A DNA stretch of 64,000 nt from Octopus vulgaris (lineage: Eukaryota). This document shows positions 1 to 14,908 of this stretch, in pieces (position 1 is the first letter of the stretch; every line of letters starts with the position of its first letter). The notes below the pieces were generated by a model. The model saw only the letters and a program-made list of their open reading frames with translations. It was not told where the DNA came from and did not search any database. Position numbers and translations under genes: made by a program. Location of the stretch: NCBI GenBank assembly GCA_951406725.2, contig OX597828.1:65658001-65722000 (forward strand). The letters are read 5' to 3'.

Positions 1-54
1 GGAGGAGTGACAGGGGCAGTAGCGAAAAGTCTTTATGTAATACAACACAGACGT

Positions 55-435
55 TTAAATTGATAGAGTTATTGTAAAGAAGTGGGCAGTACTTGTCATC
101 ACAATCTTTTGGATTTCTCTGAGACATGGTTCTCCTGGGATATTATCTAGATATTTCTGACATCCCTTTCTTATCATACCTAGGGCACCCACAATAACAG
201 GAACACTTCCCGCTTTAAAATGCCACATATTTTGTATTTCAATTTCGAGGTCCTTATATTTACTTAATTTGTCAAATTCTTTCACAAATATATTTTTATC
301 AGTGGGAACATTTACATCTATTAGTCTACAAGTGTTTTCTTCCCTGTCTTTAAAAACTATATCTGGTCGATTATCCTGGATCGTACTGTCGGTGTTGACT
401 GAAGAATCCTAGAGGATAGTAACATTTTTACCTTC
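55..435 (-). mobile_element. R4/Dong-type (RLE) non-LTR retrotransposon 3' fragment, decayed
   Basis: Minus strand reads VTIL*DSSVNTDSTIQDNRPDIVFKDREENTCRLIDVNVP, then after a frameshift KLSKYKDLEIEIQNMW...VPVIVGALG...EIQKIV. This is the PD-(D/E)xK restriction-like endonuclease C-terminus. Confidence 0.85.
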
Positions 436-449
436 TCTGCTTTCACACC

Positions 450-516
450 TGAGCTTCAAACTGAGAGTACTTTACGCAATATGTGTGCAATTCCAAGTAA
501 TGTCCACTTTTGCAAT

Positions 517-520
<4 letters not shown>
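450..520 (-). mobile_element. Second, extremely 5'-truncated R4/Dong-type ORF end adjoining a (TAA/TTA)n tract
   Basis: Minus strand ILQKWTLLGIAHILRKVLSV* matches the typical LQK..LLGTAHILRKVL terminus and abuts (ATT)n/(GTT)n at 517-620. Confidence 0.65.
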
Positions 521-551
<31 letters not shown>

Positions 552-619
552 TGTTGTTGTTGTTGTTGTTGTTGTTGTTATTATTATTATTGTTATTATT
601 ATTATTAGTATTATTGTTG

Positions 620-1625
620 TTGTCGCCATAGTTGGGGGTGCGTTTTTGTTGTGCTGTAAGTTTATGACTAATTCACTTGTTTTAAAAGGTTCTGTACTGT
701 ATTTTGTTGTTTAAAGCCTTTTGCAAGTCAGCTGCCCTTCTGGATGGTGGGGGTGGGGCCTGACGTTCGTTAACCAAAGCCCCATTTTGGTGGTGATACA
801 AACCTTTTTGCTGTCAAATATCTTCGAAAATTTGCTTCGAAGAAAGTAAACATTGCAGATGGCGACGAAGATGACGGGGGTGAGGAAGGGAGGTGGTACG
901 GCAATTTGCACGAGCACTTCCCCGTCCTCCCCACCTTGATTGGCAGTAGACAGCAAGAAGGAAGAAGAAGAAGAAGAAGAAGAAGAAGAAGAAGAAGAAG
1001 AAGAAGAAGAAGAAGAAGAAGAAGAAGAAGAAGAAGAAGAAGAAGAAGAAGAAAGGCCAGAGGAAGGAAGAAGTAAAGTCTTCCTCACTACATGGAAATT
1101 GTAGTAGCACGAGGAACAACATTGACAACAATTACGAAGAGTCTAATAAAAATGGAGTAAGCGGCGAGTAAGTAATTGTTTAACATCTCATTGGAGAACA
1201 AAATAGAAAAACTAAATTATATGAGAATGAATGGAAGAAGGGCAGAATTGACGCCTCTGAGCGACGTACTTGAAGCAACAGTCAAACGGACAGTTGTCTG
1301 CAGGCGCGTGAACAGAAAGACAAGGGAACTCGAAAACGCTAAACGCGACCTGGTGGGAAAAGCCTTGAAAGAAAGATGGCAGAATATTCACCACATTGTA
1401 AGAGTGAGACAGTACAGCGGGGTAGAGGTCTTTTTTAAGACTGAAGGGCAGGCGATACAGAGCTCGGTGACCACACGTAGAACCGAGGAAATCGCCTTCT
1501 TCTCAACGTACATGGGAAGAAAGGTGGTATGAATTATGGTACTTGGAGTCCCACCAGGCCTGGATTTATGGTGGATTCTCCCTGTATTTGTACGGACGAG
1601 GGAGAGAATCTCCTGGATGTTAAAT
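620..1625 (+). mobile_element. Decayed L1/Tx1-type ORF1 remnant with putative 5' UTR and an internal (GAA)n
   Basis: 1176-1600 reads TVVCRRVN...HIVRVRQYSGVEVFFKTE...FFSTYMGRKVV*IMVLGVPPGLDLWWI, which aligns by eye to ORF1 at 52898 (TIIYRVF...FLTRGSKYGTVVVHFKSE...LLPMYLNRRITRIRVEGVPPNVEAEWI). The 5' boundary is approximate. Confidence 0.65.
955..1053. repeat. (GAA)n microsatellite
   Basis: Direct reading. Confidence 0.98.
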
Positions 1626-2246
1626 TAATTTACTGTTTTCTATTGCTATTGGTCAGCTATTTCATAGCTACAAGTGTGACACAGATATTCGAACATGAAA
1701 CCTTATATTAATCAACTATATGACGATCTGTCTAGAAAGTCTAAAATGAGTTGCTTCTTCCTGTTCATAAAATATTAAATAGTTCAATTAATTGCCTATA
1801 CAGACTTCGGATGTGTAAGGCTAGCGAATGTGTGTGTGTGTGTGTGTTTGTGTGCGTGTATGTGTGTGTGTACGTGTTTGCATCTGCATGTATACATGTG
1901 TACACATAAAATCGACAAAACAATAATATATACTATCGCTAATATTTCATCATTGAAACAACCATTTACAGCAACCATTTGTAAATTCAGACAGCCAATA
2001 TGGCGTCGCCCAGATGCCATTTTGTTTCAAAATTTTATAACTCCTGTCTTTCCAGCCTCAAAGGAAAACAAAAGTGAAGTCAACTGAAGAGTATTTATTG
2101 AATTACACAAATATCTCGTGGAACAAACTGGCGACTCTGTACGATCTTCGACACTATCTTTTAATTCATTAAATTCTTGCCTGGGACAATTCAGTTTTGA
2201 GATTGCAAACCATTTAACTCCCCGCCATCATCACAAACATCATGGA

Positions 2247-2247
<1 letters not shown>

Positions 2248-2300
<53 letters not shown>

Positions 2301-2301
2301 T

Positions 2302-2338
<37 letters not shown>

Positions 2339-2381
2339 CAGTTGTAGTAGTAGTAGTAGTAGTAGTAATAATAATAATAAT
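2248..2381. repeat. Compound (TAA)n/(TAG)n microsatellite
   Basis: Direct reading. Confidence 0.97.
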
Positions 2382-2856
2382 GATTGTTCTAAAAGATGGG
2401 CTACAGCTAATATGCTGCACAATGCCACAGATTTACTTGTCAGTTGCTTGACCTTAACCAATTGAGCATATCCTTTAGTGGCTGGCAATATGTGCTTCTC
2501 TGATCATGAGCAAGGATAGTGGGGGAGCATCATAGCCATGTGTTGAGAGGGATTCTTTGGACCTTGAATAATTCACTTCTGGAAATATGAGTGTTTCGTT
2601 CAACATCCTTAAACAACCCTTATTCAGGGACCTTTTGAGCGGGATGGGCTACTCGACCAGAAGAAAATTCTACCTGGGTCCCACCTGCAAAGTCTTGTGC
2701 TGTTTATCTTGATATGAGATCATCATGTCGTGCACATATGGTTGTGATGCATGTGCCTGGTGTATTCTTATTAGAAGGGCAGTCATGATGGGTATATTGG
2801 GCTTCGTATATTTGTACCCCAGTGTCATTTTGATGACATGCATTGCTCTGTCACTC

Positions 2857-2857
<1 letters not shown>
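2382..2857. mobile_element. About 475-bp non-coding insert flanked on both sides by (TAA)n; possible Dong/R4 UTR or non-autonomous derivative
   Basis: Higher-GC complex sequence with sharp edges between two (TAA)n tracts (to 2381 and 2858-2907). No credible ORF. Confidence 0.5.
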
Positions 2858-2908
<51 letters not shown>

Positions 2909-5094
2909 TTAAAGCATAAGGCAAGGAATTGTGAGCGAAAGGGGTAAGACAATACCATTAACCCCGGTATTTGACTAGTACTTTATTTCATCGAGCCTGT
3001 TGGAAGGAAAAGCAAAATTGATCTCAGCAGTATTTGAACTCAGAATGTAAAGAATCCCAAGGCATTTTTGCGACTCTCTAATGATTCTGCTATGAAATTT
3101 AACGCGTCAAATTTACAAAAACCAGTTTATCTCTGCTTTTTTTTTAATCCTAAATGTCTGTAAATACAATAAGACGATTCCATTAATCTACTTGCATTTC
3201 AATAGTACATTTAGAAGCCTATCAGAAACCCTATCGAGAATAATAAACTACTTCTCACATTTCGAAAGAGATTTGGACGCTCAGTATATAAGTTTAAAGA
3301 ATCTTTAAATACCAGCGTGGAGTGAAAATTCTGTTACCCGCTGTAAGTTTCCTACCTTAAAAAAATTATCTTATTTGCACACCGTGATTTCTAATTCAAT
3401 ATCACGAAAAGCAAATAGATTTTTCTTTGCCATTAAAATAGCAGCGAATTTTATGCTATGCAAGAAATATAACTCTGGGTGATATTTTGACCTTCACTGA
3501 TCATAATAATATGGAATATTCATTAGAAAGCTTTTCTCCCTACGAATTACTTAGCTCTTTTAAGTTAGCTGATCAAGTTCCAGAAATAGCCACCTAAAGA
3601 AAAATAGGGCAATGCTTACATTATACAAAACTAATTTAACACAACTGGTCTCTTTCACAATAAATAAATGAAGATTCTTTATGTAAGTTCTAATTTACGT
3701 AAAACTACTTAGAACATGTACAACAACATGTGAGCGTGCATGAATGCGCACACCCACAAGTAAGTGATTATGGGGACGTCAGTGAAACTGCAAGTCCGAT
3801 ATCTAAGCCAAGTATGGCTCTAGTTGCTCCCAGTTTCATATATATTCATTTTTATTTCCTTGTTTGAGACTCTTGATGTAGAATGCAACTAATGCAATAA
3901 ATAATCTGTCTCGTTTACTTTGCGTGAAAGGAAAAATTATAAAGTTCACATCAGTAATTTAGGTTAGAACAAACATCTGAATATTGAAATAAGTGTAAAA
4001 ACTGAGAAGTTGCATATTTCCATGTTCGGAAACTGTTAAATAAGCATTCAAAATAACTTTTGCAAATTCTTTTAATAGGAAATCACTTATATAGAACTTC
4101 CTTGCTCATTAAAATCGCCGTATTTATCAAAGAACTCTGAAAACTAAATCGTATGCATTAGAAAGAAAAAATGCATTGTGACAGGAAATAATCCTTAAAG
4201 CCAGAATACGATTTTAATCTAATCTCGTCAGGAATATGATGATAATAATAACAGTGGTAGTGTGGTTGTGTTGGCTGTGATCTTCCTGGCATGTTTCTGG
4301 TTTTATCGATGATAATGTTAAAGAAGTCAGAATTGATTATCTGTGTGAACGGTTACGCAAGAAATGGACAGCTTCCTCGCCCTGGGATAAAAGGAAATTG
4401 ATTTTTCAATGTTCAGTTAGCTATATGCTAAATAACTCTACGCTATAAAAAATATATATACCCAGTGCCGTCTCCAAAAAAATTGACTTTATTCCTCGTT
4501 GGAAAATATCATGCAAGAGGACAGAGGTATTTTTGCAAATGTATTCGTCCTCTTTCTGATAAGGCAATAATTTTCACACTGATAAAAACCAGGCATCCAG
4601 TCCAAAAAGAAATGTTTGTGAAACAATTACCCATTACCATTCTTTATTAATGAGAAGATAAAATACAGTTTGCTCTCACGTAATTCTTCTTCATCATGGC
4701 GTTACACAAGGTTTAACATTATCTTAATTTTTTTCAACATGGCCGCAGGTCTACTCCCGTTTCAGCGCTCACACACGCTCTTCCAGGAGAGGCCTGTCTC
4801 TACTCCAATAAAGAGCAAGATTATTCTCAACAAACTCTCTATCAAATAATTTGTTGAACATTATCATCAAAAGAGATTACTATCAGATAATTATCAGTTC
4901 AACTTGTATCAGCAGTTGGCATGTATGTCTGCTTTGCTATCTATAATAGATGGTATATAACAACTAATAATTTTTTTCCATAATGATTCCAACAATGTTG
5001 CTTTGAAAATAAATATTTCTAACGCAGTAATTAAGAACTTATCTTACGATATATTGTCAACTTTTAAAATAAATGCCCTCGCATATATATTCAT

Positions 5095-5177
<83 letters not shown>

Positions 5178-5314
5178 TGTGTGTGCATATATATATACAT
5201 ACATATGTATGTATACATACGTATATATACACACATACATACGTACATATATATATATATATATGTATATGTATACAAATATACATATATATATACAAAG
5301 TCTGTGTGTGTGTG

Positions 5315-5357
<43 letters not shown>

Positions 5358-7688
5358 TATGTATATGTATATAGTCGGTCAGTTGTTCATAAGTCCGAAA
5401 TGAAGCACACTGTAAAACCTTTGGTGCAGTAATAATTGATATAGTCAGTGGTTAAGGCTAGTCAGGGAGTTACCACTGGCTTCGCACCCGCTTTTAGCGG
5501 TATAGCTTGATCATCAAACCCACTGACCAGCGGCACATACTCTCTCTACTACTAGAGGGGTTGTGGAAAAAAGTCTAGAGTCTGCGATACAATCGCTCAA
5601 TTCGTAGAGGGTGGTATTTTCCAATTCGGCAACAAGCACTTATGCTTATGTTTACATCCACTGAAAATTTCAGAGCTAGAATTCAGCAGGGCAGTGGATT
5701 TCCCAGATATGAAAAGGATCTGCAATTTGGCTGTACCGCAGACTCTACATCCCTATCCGTTTAGCCTCATTATGGCTTTAGGGTCAAAGATGACATAACT
5801 CAAATTCTCTTCGTTTTTTTCTTTTTCTTTTTTATTTACTTTTACTTTCGTTTTCCAGTGTTTTCAAACTTCCACCTTTTACACCTACCTTCTCGCATTT
5901 TCTCGTATTTTCTCTTATTCTGTCGCCCAGTTTTAGCTTGTATATGGCATTTGAGCGCAGCCTGAAGATTGCATGAAAGCACCAGACGTAAAAATGTTGT
6001 TTGTATCATTTTCACTGCATGAAACTATTATCAACTTATAAAAATATACACTGTGCTCATTAAGCAATATATATATACATGTGTGCGTGCGTGTGTGTGT
6101 GTGTGTATGTGTGTGTAACAGTTCCAAATAAATGAAGCTAATATTTCCAAAAGCCCACAAACCATTACCGTGTCACAATAATCTTGCTAAACAAATGTTT
6201 AAGAAACCAATCTATGTTTAAAATTATTTTGTTTTGAATCTATTATTTATTTATTAAAGTAGTTTTCCAACTCTACTTTTTTTTAATCTAATTTAAATTT
6301 TAGACGTGACAACCTAGAAGTCTCTACCTGGTTGCCCAACTTCCTAGAAATAGCCTTCAAGTCCATCCAATCAAACCCTACCATCTCAGGTAAGGAAAGG
6401 AAATAAGAGGCATTCTTGCTTTGCGTATCCAGAAGAACAGGATGGGCACAGCTGGAACGCCTTTTATTATCTGTATATACTATCTTGATCTGAGGTCCAT
6501 CAACAACAACAACTTCAATTTTAGAGTGATTTTCTATATCTTAATGGAATGCTGAATAATTTTGTCTCAGCCTAGCTTAATTTTTTCTCCAATAATTTCA
6601 TTATACTTTTTTCCTCTCAGCAAACGATTATTCTCTTATAATGGTTTCTTTCCATATTCTCACTACCAGTAACAACCCCACCCCCATTGCACTTTTACCT
6701 TTAACAACAACACCAACGAAATACCACGATCATCGAATCTACAAACATCAAAATCATTATCAACAACTAGAAATCGATCAATAACACTAACATCCATCTC
6801 GAATGTTCCAATGGTGCCAAACGAAAGGAACAAAACAAACAGTGATAACATTTTTTCGTTCTTTTTTATTGGCGTTTATTTATTTTATTTTAGATTTATT
6901 TTCTGTATCAGAAATTGTGAACGATACTGTTATTGGTTATCGATTTTTGAACAGACCAATCGCCGCTTCACTGCATTTATGACTGCCAAAATAACAGGGG
7001 GAGAGTCTCTAACTTACTGCAAGGGAACTCGTTCGGAAAGCACCGAATTTTTGGCTGTCTTGCCAATGTTTATATAATACACTGATTTTAAATCGTCGAC
7101 AGATACTCATGCACACACATTAAAACTTCTAAACATATGAATATATATGTATGTATGCGTGTACATGTATATATGCGGGGGGGGTGTATGTAATCGGGGA
7201 ACTTTCAGAATAGCTGTCACAAATAAAATTTTATTGGTGGTTTTGGTATTTTTCGTCATTTTACTGTACCACGCATTTAAACTTTTAAAATCCATGTTTT
7301 TTTCAAATTTCTTAAACCCATCCTGAAATTGTTATTCTTGAAAAAAATTTCTTTAAATTGGATTTTTTTTTTACATCTTTCGTCCCCGCTCCCGCCAACC
7401 CCCTTAATTTGTTTTGGGTTTTTTTTTCTTTTCTCTTTTTAGATATTTTTTTCACACTTTTGCCTTTTTTTTCTTTTTATATACGGCACAAAAGTTTTAT
7501 GAATTTATTAAGCTGCTCATGAATTTATTAAGCAGCAAAACCATATTTATCACCTGTTTATTGATTTTTCACCCCAAAATTACATTTTTTCACGCTTTTA
7601 CTATTGTGTAAAAAGTTTTTTTCTATACGACATAAAAATTAAATGAATAAATTATTAAAGAAAAAAGTATTTATTTATTAAACTTTAC

Positions 7689-8188
7689 CTGATTTCATCA
7701 GCATGATTGCACTGATGGTAAAGTTGACCCACTCGTGGCATTAAAATGTTTCGACTCGTAGGCAACAAAAACGTAATGACCACCACCACCATCCCAGCAT
7801 ACACATTCCTTAAGGAAAGAAATATTCACTTTGAAAAGTATGGTCAAAAACAAATAGAAATCGATATAGTTCCCATCAAACTGAATTTTACATATCGAGG
7901 AAAACCAAACAAGTAAAGGTTTTCCTCAGCCGCCAAACCAGGAGAGACTTGTACATTATTAGAAAAGAGAGGGTCGTTTTCGATAATGTTGTTAGCCATA
8001 GGGCAGCCCTGACTGGTTAAACCTATGAAGGAAGACATTCTAATTGTGGTCATCTGTTATTTTCGTGATATCCAAGTGTGACTTATCCAATGTGCCCTTT
8101 AGTTTCAGACATGGTAGATTGTAATTTGAAGGTTTTACTGTCGTTTCAAGCATCTCCAGAGACGGCGTAAGAGCTCCTACTTTCCTTT
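7689..8188 (-). other. Candidate exon of an unidentified host transcript
   Basis: Acceptor ttttctatttaaactttctAG| at 8190-8189, alternative acceptor ttctttccttaAG| at 7810-7809, and donor CAG|GTAAAG at 7688. Complex sequence between simple repeats; no recognisable homology. Confidence 0.3.
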
Positions 8189-8939
8189 CTAGAAAGTTTA
8201 AATAGAAAATGATAAACCCGTCCCTTGCCTGCGTATGCCTGTATGAGCCTCTCTGCATGTGCTTGTGTGTGGCTGTGTGTACCTGTGCGTGCTTGTGCAT
8301 GCCTGTGGATACTTGTATGTATGTGCGCCTGTGTACCTATATGTGTGCGTATGTACATGTGTGCGTATGTACGTGTATGCCTGCGAGTATCTGCATGTGC
8401 TGTATGTGCTTACCTATGCTTGTATGTGTCTATATGCATCTATGTGTGTGTCTGTGTACCTGTGTGTGTGTGTGCCTGTGTGTATGTACATTTTACATTT
8501 TTATCATTCGTATCATTTGTAAATTTTGTTTTCGCATTTTTTCATTCGGACTTGTGTATGTCCACTTTTTTTATTCGAATATATTTATTTGCTATTGCTT
8601 TCATTATTGTATCATCACATATATATATATATTATTATTATCCCTACATATCAATTTTATATGAACGTTTACACACATAAGTTACGTGAGAATTTAGTTT
8701 TTGTAAATTTTTATTTTTTTTAATTTAAATTTTTTATTTTTTATTTTTATTAATTTTATTTGAATTAAATTATGGCTTGCACAGTAAGGTCCGGCGAATC
8801 TATTTACACACACATACTTATCTGTTAAAACTAAAATATAGTATTTGGTATCGAACTATGATAAAGTTATTTAGAGGCCTGATGATTGGGGTTATATTTT
8901 AAGAAAGGTTCCTGTAAAAACTGCGTGATTAAGGAACCG

Positions 8940-9071
8940 TAAAAGATCCTCAAGAAACACGTGTAGCTGAGAAATGATAGTGAAGGAAATAAAAATTCGT
9001 TTTATAAAAGATCCTCAAGAAACACGTGTAGCTGAGAAATGAGTAGTGAGGATTAAATAAAAATTCTTTTA
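8940..9071. repeat. About 65-bp tandem duplication
   Basis: taaaagatcctcaagaaacacgtgtagctgagaaatga occurs at about 8940 and 9005. Confidence 0.9.
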
Positions 9072-9188
9072 TATGGTGTGATGAAGGGGACTACTATCTC
9101 TAAATAACATATATATTTCCTCATTGAGAGTAATTTGAACCCCTGTGATGCCGGAATTTTTATTCCCTAATAAATAAAATAAAATAAT

Positions 9189-9256
<68 letters not shown>

Positions 9257-9350
9257 TGTGTGTGTGTATGTATATGGATGTTTATATGTACACACATGCA
9301 GAGACAGTCACACGCCCCGCGCACATATGAACATACACACACGCACACAT

Positions 9351-9418
<68 letters not shown>

Positions 9419-10231
9419 ACACACACACACACACACTCACACACACACGTACACACACACAAATATTCCATGAAAACCACTTCCAACACAACTTGCATCA
9501 ACACCAACACCAATATCATCCGGCAACATCAACGAATGCCAAAAGCAATATTCTACAGTATTCAGAGATGGTAGATTCCGCATCATTTAGCATCTTCCGC
9601 CAGTTACCGAGTATTATGGAATGGTAAATTTTGGTCTCTCTCTTCAAAAAAAAACAAAAAGCTACAAGTAATCATGTTTTACCTCCCAGCGCTGCTTCGA
9701 GCCACATTTCGTTCGGTCTGCTCGTCTAATCACATTTTCTACTCAAAGCTGTATCACAGCAGACAGACCTTCAATGCACTGTTACATCACCTTCTACAAC
9801 TCTCTCTCTCTCCTTTTCTCCGTCTCTCATTCTCTCTTTCTTCCTCTCCCTCACTCTCTCCCTCCCTTCCTCCCTCTCTCACAACTTTCACCTTTTTGCT
9901 TTCTTTAAATCTTGCCTTGAAGTAATCTGCACAATACTTTGCAAATTAACTCGTTCATTTGAACAAATGCATAAACACAAAAATTTTCAATTATATTTAA
10001 ACATCCTATTATGTATGTGTAGCGGGTGCATGTATAGATTCATACGTTCATGTATGTGTATACATACATATACATATATATACATACATGCGTATATATG
10101 AATATATATGCACGCACTCACACACATACACACGCTCACTCACACACACAGACACATACGCGAGATCAGACGTTAGAGAAGTGAACTTCTCAACTATGCG
10201 ACTACGTTTGGTTCTGTTTATTTTTTCTCTG

Positions 10232-10277
<46 letters not shown>

Positions 10278-10759
10278 TTCTCTTTTCTTTCCTCTCTAAA
10301 TATATGCATTCATATATATATATATGCATATATGTGTGTATGCATACATGTATGTTTGTTTTTAGGATTCAAAATAACATGAACGTTACACGCATAAATA
10401 GACACACCTGATTTCAAAATTTAGCATGCATGACTGAAACTGTGAACAGTAACATAACTCTAACTTTAATCAATAAAAATCTTCTACAATATCTTTCCAT
10501 TAGAACTTACCCTACAGCTTAATTATCACTTAACATGGCTTCACCTACCCAAGAAAAAAATAAACTTACCAGAGACTACATAAGGCCAAAATTAACAGAA
10601 AACGAACTTAAACATCAATAAGATGAATGGCAGCAGGCCGAAATTTCGAAGACACTGTCAACATAATTCTAGTCAAAGAATAATATTGATAGATTTACAT
10701 ATGTATGTATATATGTGTGTGTGTGCTTATGTGCGTACACACATTTATGTATACATATT

Positions 10760-10790
<31 letters not shown>

Positions 10791-10806
10791 ATATATATAT
10801 ATGCAA

Positions 10807-10863
<57 letters not shown>

Positions 10864-10929
10864 GATATACATACACACAAACATACATCTATTTTAGTAA
10901 AAATTGTCATTACCAGAAGAGGCGAGGAT

Positions 10930-11240
10930 GTTCATTGTCCTAAGAATGGCATAATACAAAGGTGAATGTTGAGACGGTCCAGGTGGAAACCCCAGATTGT
11001 CCAGATCGTCACAAAACCAGGTGTACTAGCCATTACTAGTATAAATGTGAATTTGTAATCTGGGTGTAGAAGGTGAAGATTTCGAAACAGTTGTCCGTAA
11101 TTATCCTCTTTTTCTTTAATTTTCAAAGAGATGTTCACATCAGCAGGGCACCTGACCTCTATGATTTAATACATTTTCTTGTCTGTCCTAAACAACGATA
11201 TCCCGCCTATTTATGTTTCCTTTAGGATCTAAGTTATTTG
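10930..11240 (-). mobile_element. RLE-clade non-LTR retrotransposon endonuclease fragment
   Basis: Minus strand NRRDIVV*DRQE...IEVRCPADVNISLKIKEKEDNYGQLFRNLHLLHPDYKFTFILV is an RLE C-terminal motif set with stops and frameshifts. Confidence 0.7.
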
Positions 11241-11676
11241 GGGGGGGAATGGGTGTTTTTTGTTTTGTTTTTTGTGTTTTCATTTTGAGAATTTAAGTTG
11301 GTCACTAACCAAATGGCAAAGGTCTTCAGTTTCATTTAAGAAAGATGGGGTGGCAAAGGTCTTTAGTTTCTGTTGTGTCGATGCCCCCAGACAATGAAGT
11401 AGGCAAGCCCAATACGTAGATATATAGAGAGAAGTCTAGACGTCGAGGAGTTGAGTAGAGGTCATCCGATCGTGCGATATAAAAGTGGCGACGAGGATTT
11501 CGTAGCTCACACAGCCATTCTGTACTATTGCGATATAACAGTTTCATTTAAGAAAGATGTGTGTATATATGCATGTTTGTGCTCATGGATAACTTGTATT
11601 TGTGAGATGGACATGAGTTATACTCTAGTATACAAGTATCTGCGCATCTAACTTTTTACTTAGAATACAAGTACTT

Positions 11677-12090
11677 ATTTCTTTATTAACCACAAGGGGC
11701 TAAACACAGAGGGGACAAACAAGGACAGACAAACGGATTAAGTTGATTATATCGACCCCAGTGCGTAACTTGTACTTAATTTATCGACCCCGAAAGGATG
11801 AAAGGCAAAGTCGACCTCGGTGGAATTTGAACTCAGAACGTAAAGACAGACGAAAAACTTATTTCTTTACCGCCCACAAGGGACTAAACACAGAGGGGAC
11901 AAACAAGGACAGACAAACGGATTAAGTCGATTACATCGACCCCAGTGCGTAACTGGTGCTTAATTTATCGACCCCGAGAGGACGAAAGACAAAGTCGACC
12001 CCGGCGAAATTTGAACTCAGAACCTAACGGCAGACGAAATACGGCCACGCATTTCGCCCGGCGTGCTAACGTTTCTGCCAGCTCGCCGCC
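11677..12090 (-). mobile_element. SINE family B dimer (full copy plus 5'-truncated copy)
   Basis: tRNA-like head ggcggcgagctggcagaaacg...gagttcaaatt, central gtcgactttgcctttcatcctttcggggtcgataaa, tail gtcccctctgtgtttagccccttgtggg. TSD ttagaatacaagtactt at 11660-11676 and 12091-12107. Confidence 0.9.
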
Positions 12091-12536
12091 TTAGAATACA
12101 AGTACTTGTGCTTCACTCGCCTGCGTGTGTTAATGTATGTACATATCTGTGTGCTTATGTAAGTATCAGTGTGTATTTATGTATGCATATATACATATTT
12201 ATGCTTGCTTCTTAAAGCATTTTTATATATCATTATGCAACGGTCAAAGAGTTCTGAGTATTCTATAAAATTATATAATTTAATATATATGCAGAATTGA
12301 GAGCTATTAATTAATATCCTTTCTTAAAATCGACTGTATAGCCTTGCATATATTTAATTACAACGTATGTGTGTGTGTGTGTATTTGGTGTGTGTGTTGC
12401 GCGCGCGTGAAATGCATATTTAATACAATAGAATCAATTGTGTATACAACTTTGCATGAGTGTGTATATATATGTGTGTGTATGTGTGTGTGTGTATATA
12501 CACACACACACACACACATATATATATGTGTGTGTG

Positions 12537-12617
<81 letters not shown>

Positions 12618-12916
12618 GTTTTTTTGTATTTATATTCATATTTTTGTTTCTTTGTATTTATATTCGTATAACATCGTCCGTTTTTCTGTCCTTGGTTCGT
12701 ATACATTCGATCCTTTTTCCAAGGAATATAATGCTCTTAGCTTAGTTTTTCCTTCGGGCTAGCCAGATTGGAGCAATCTCAAGATTAATCAGCCGAAATT
12801 GCGAGGATGATCCAGTTCTTGACTGAAGAATTGGCTTCGAATGACCGTCCGTGTTTTTCGTATCGTCTATTTGGATGTTTTGCGTTCTTGTCCCATTTTG
12901 TATTATATATATATAT

Positions 12917-13762
<846 letters not shown>

Positions 13763-13849
13763 GTATATAATAAGCATATATCTATATAATATACATCTAT
13801 GAGATAAATATATCTATATAATATGTATGCATGTATGTATATATGTATG

Positions 13850-13883
<34 letters not shown>

Positions 13884-14642
13884 TGTATGTATGTATGTAT
13901 GCATGTATAGAAAGAGATAGGAGAGAGAGAGGGAGGGAGAGAGAGAGAGAGAGGACGGAATATAGAAAAGAATTTTTCAAAACCAACTAAAATGAGAAAT
14001 GACAGATTCGCACAAAATGGCTGGCTAAGCTTTCAAAGCAAACAGCGAAAAATTGATGAAAGTATTAAATAATTAAAACTATTTGAACTGTGAACAGATG
14101 TTTTCCTTTAGTTTATTCTTTTTGTGTGATTAAAAACTAATAATTTTTGCCTTAAGACGTATTTTACTTTCGACTCAACAAGGTTGTGCTTTTTGTTAGA
14201 TTTCTTTTATTTTTGCCTGTTTGTGTTTTGTTTTTTGCTTTTTTGTGTGTGTGTGTTGTGTGTGTTTTTCTTTGTGTCTTTTGAAAGATGACAAAGGAAA
14301 AAGCGAATCTGCCATTTGAGAACCGACTTTTAATAATCTTAACGCACAGATGTGCACAAGGGGACAGAGACACACACACATATACACATATATAAATACA
14401 TAATTATATATGCGTGCGTGTGTATGTGTGTGTGAGTATGTGTGTATATGTATGCGTGTGTATACATAAAATGTATGTATGTATATATATATATATGCAT
14501 GTATGTCTTTTATCTTTTATCGTTTTACTTGTTTTAGTCATTAGACTGCGGCCATGCTAGAGCACCACCTTGAAATATTAATCGAATTTGGTCGAAATTT
14601 TAGTCGAATAGTGTACTTATATATACGTGTATAGATATATAC

Positions 14643-14726
<84 letters not shown>

Positions 14727-14849
14727 CATATAAATATATGTATATACATATATATATATATATACATATATATATGTATATACATAGATAGATATATAAA
14801 CATACATATATATATATATATAAACATACATATATATATATATATAAAA

Positions 14850-14908
<59 letters not shown>

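Noticed and set aside
7692-7760. CUGAUGA and GAAAC on the minus strand
   Set aside because: Order and stems do not form a hammerhead.
9462-9627. Plus-strand protein-like stretch QIFHENHFQ...IMEW ending at a GTAAAT
   Set aside because: There is no acceptor or credible start upstream (pure CA repeat) and no recognisable homology.
12820-12850. CUGAAGA...CGAAU hammerhead-like motif (also 399, 5962, 8879, 16033, 34900)
   Set aside because: GAAA, NUH or the supporting stems are missing.
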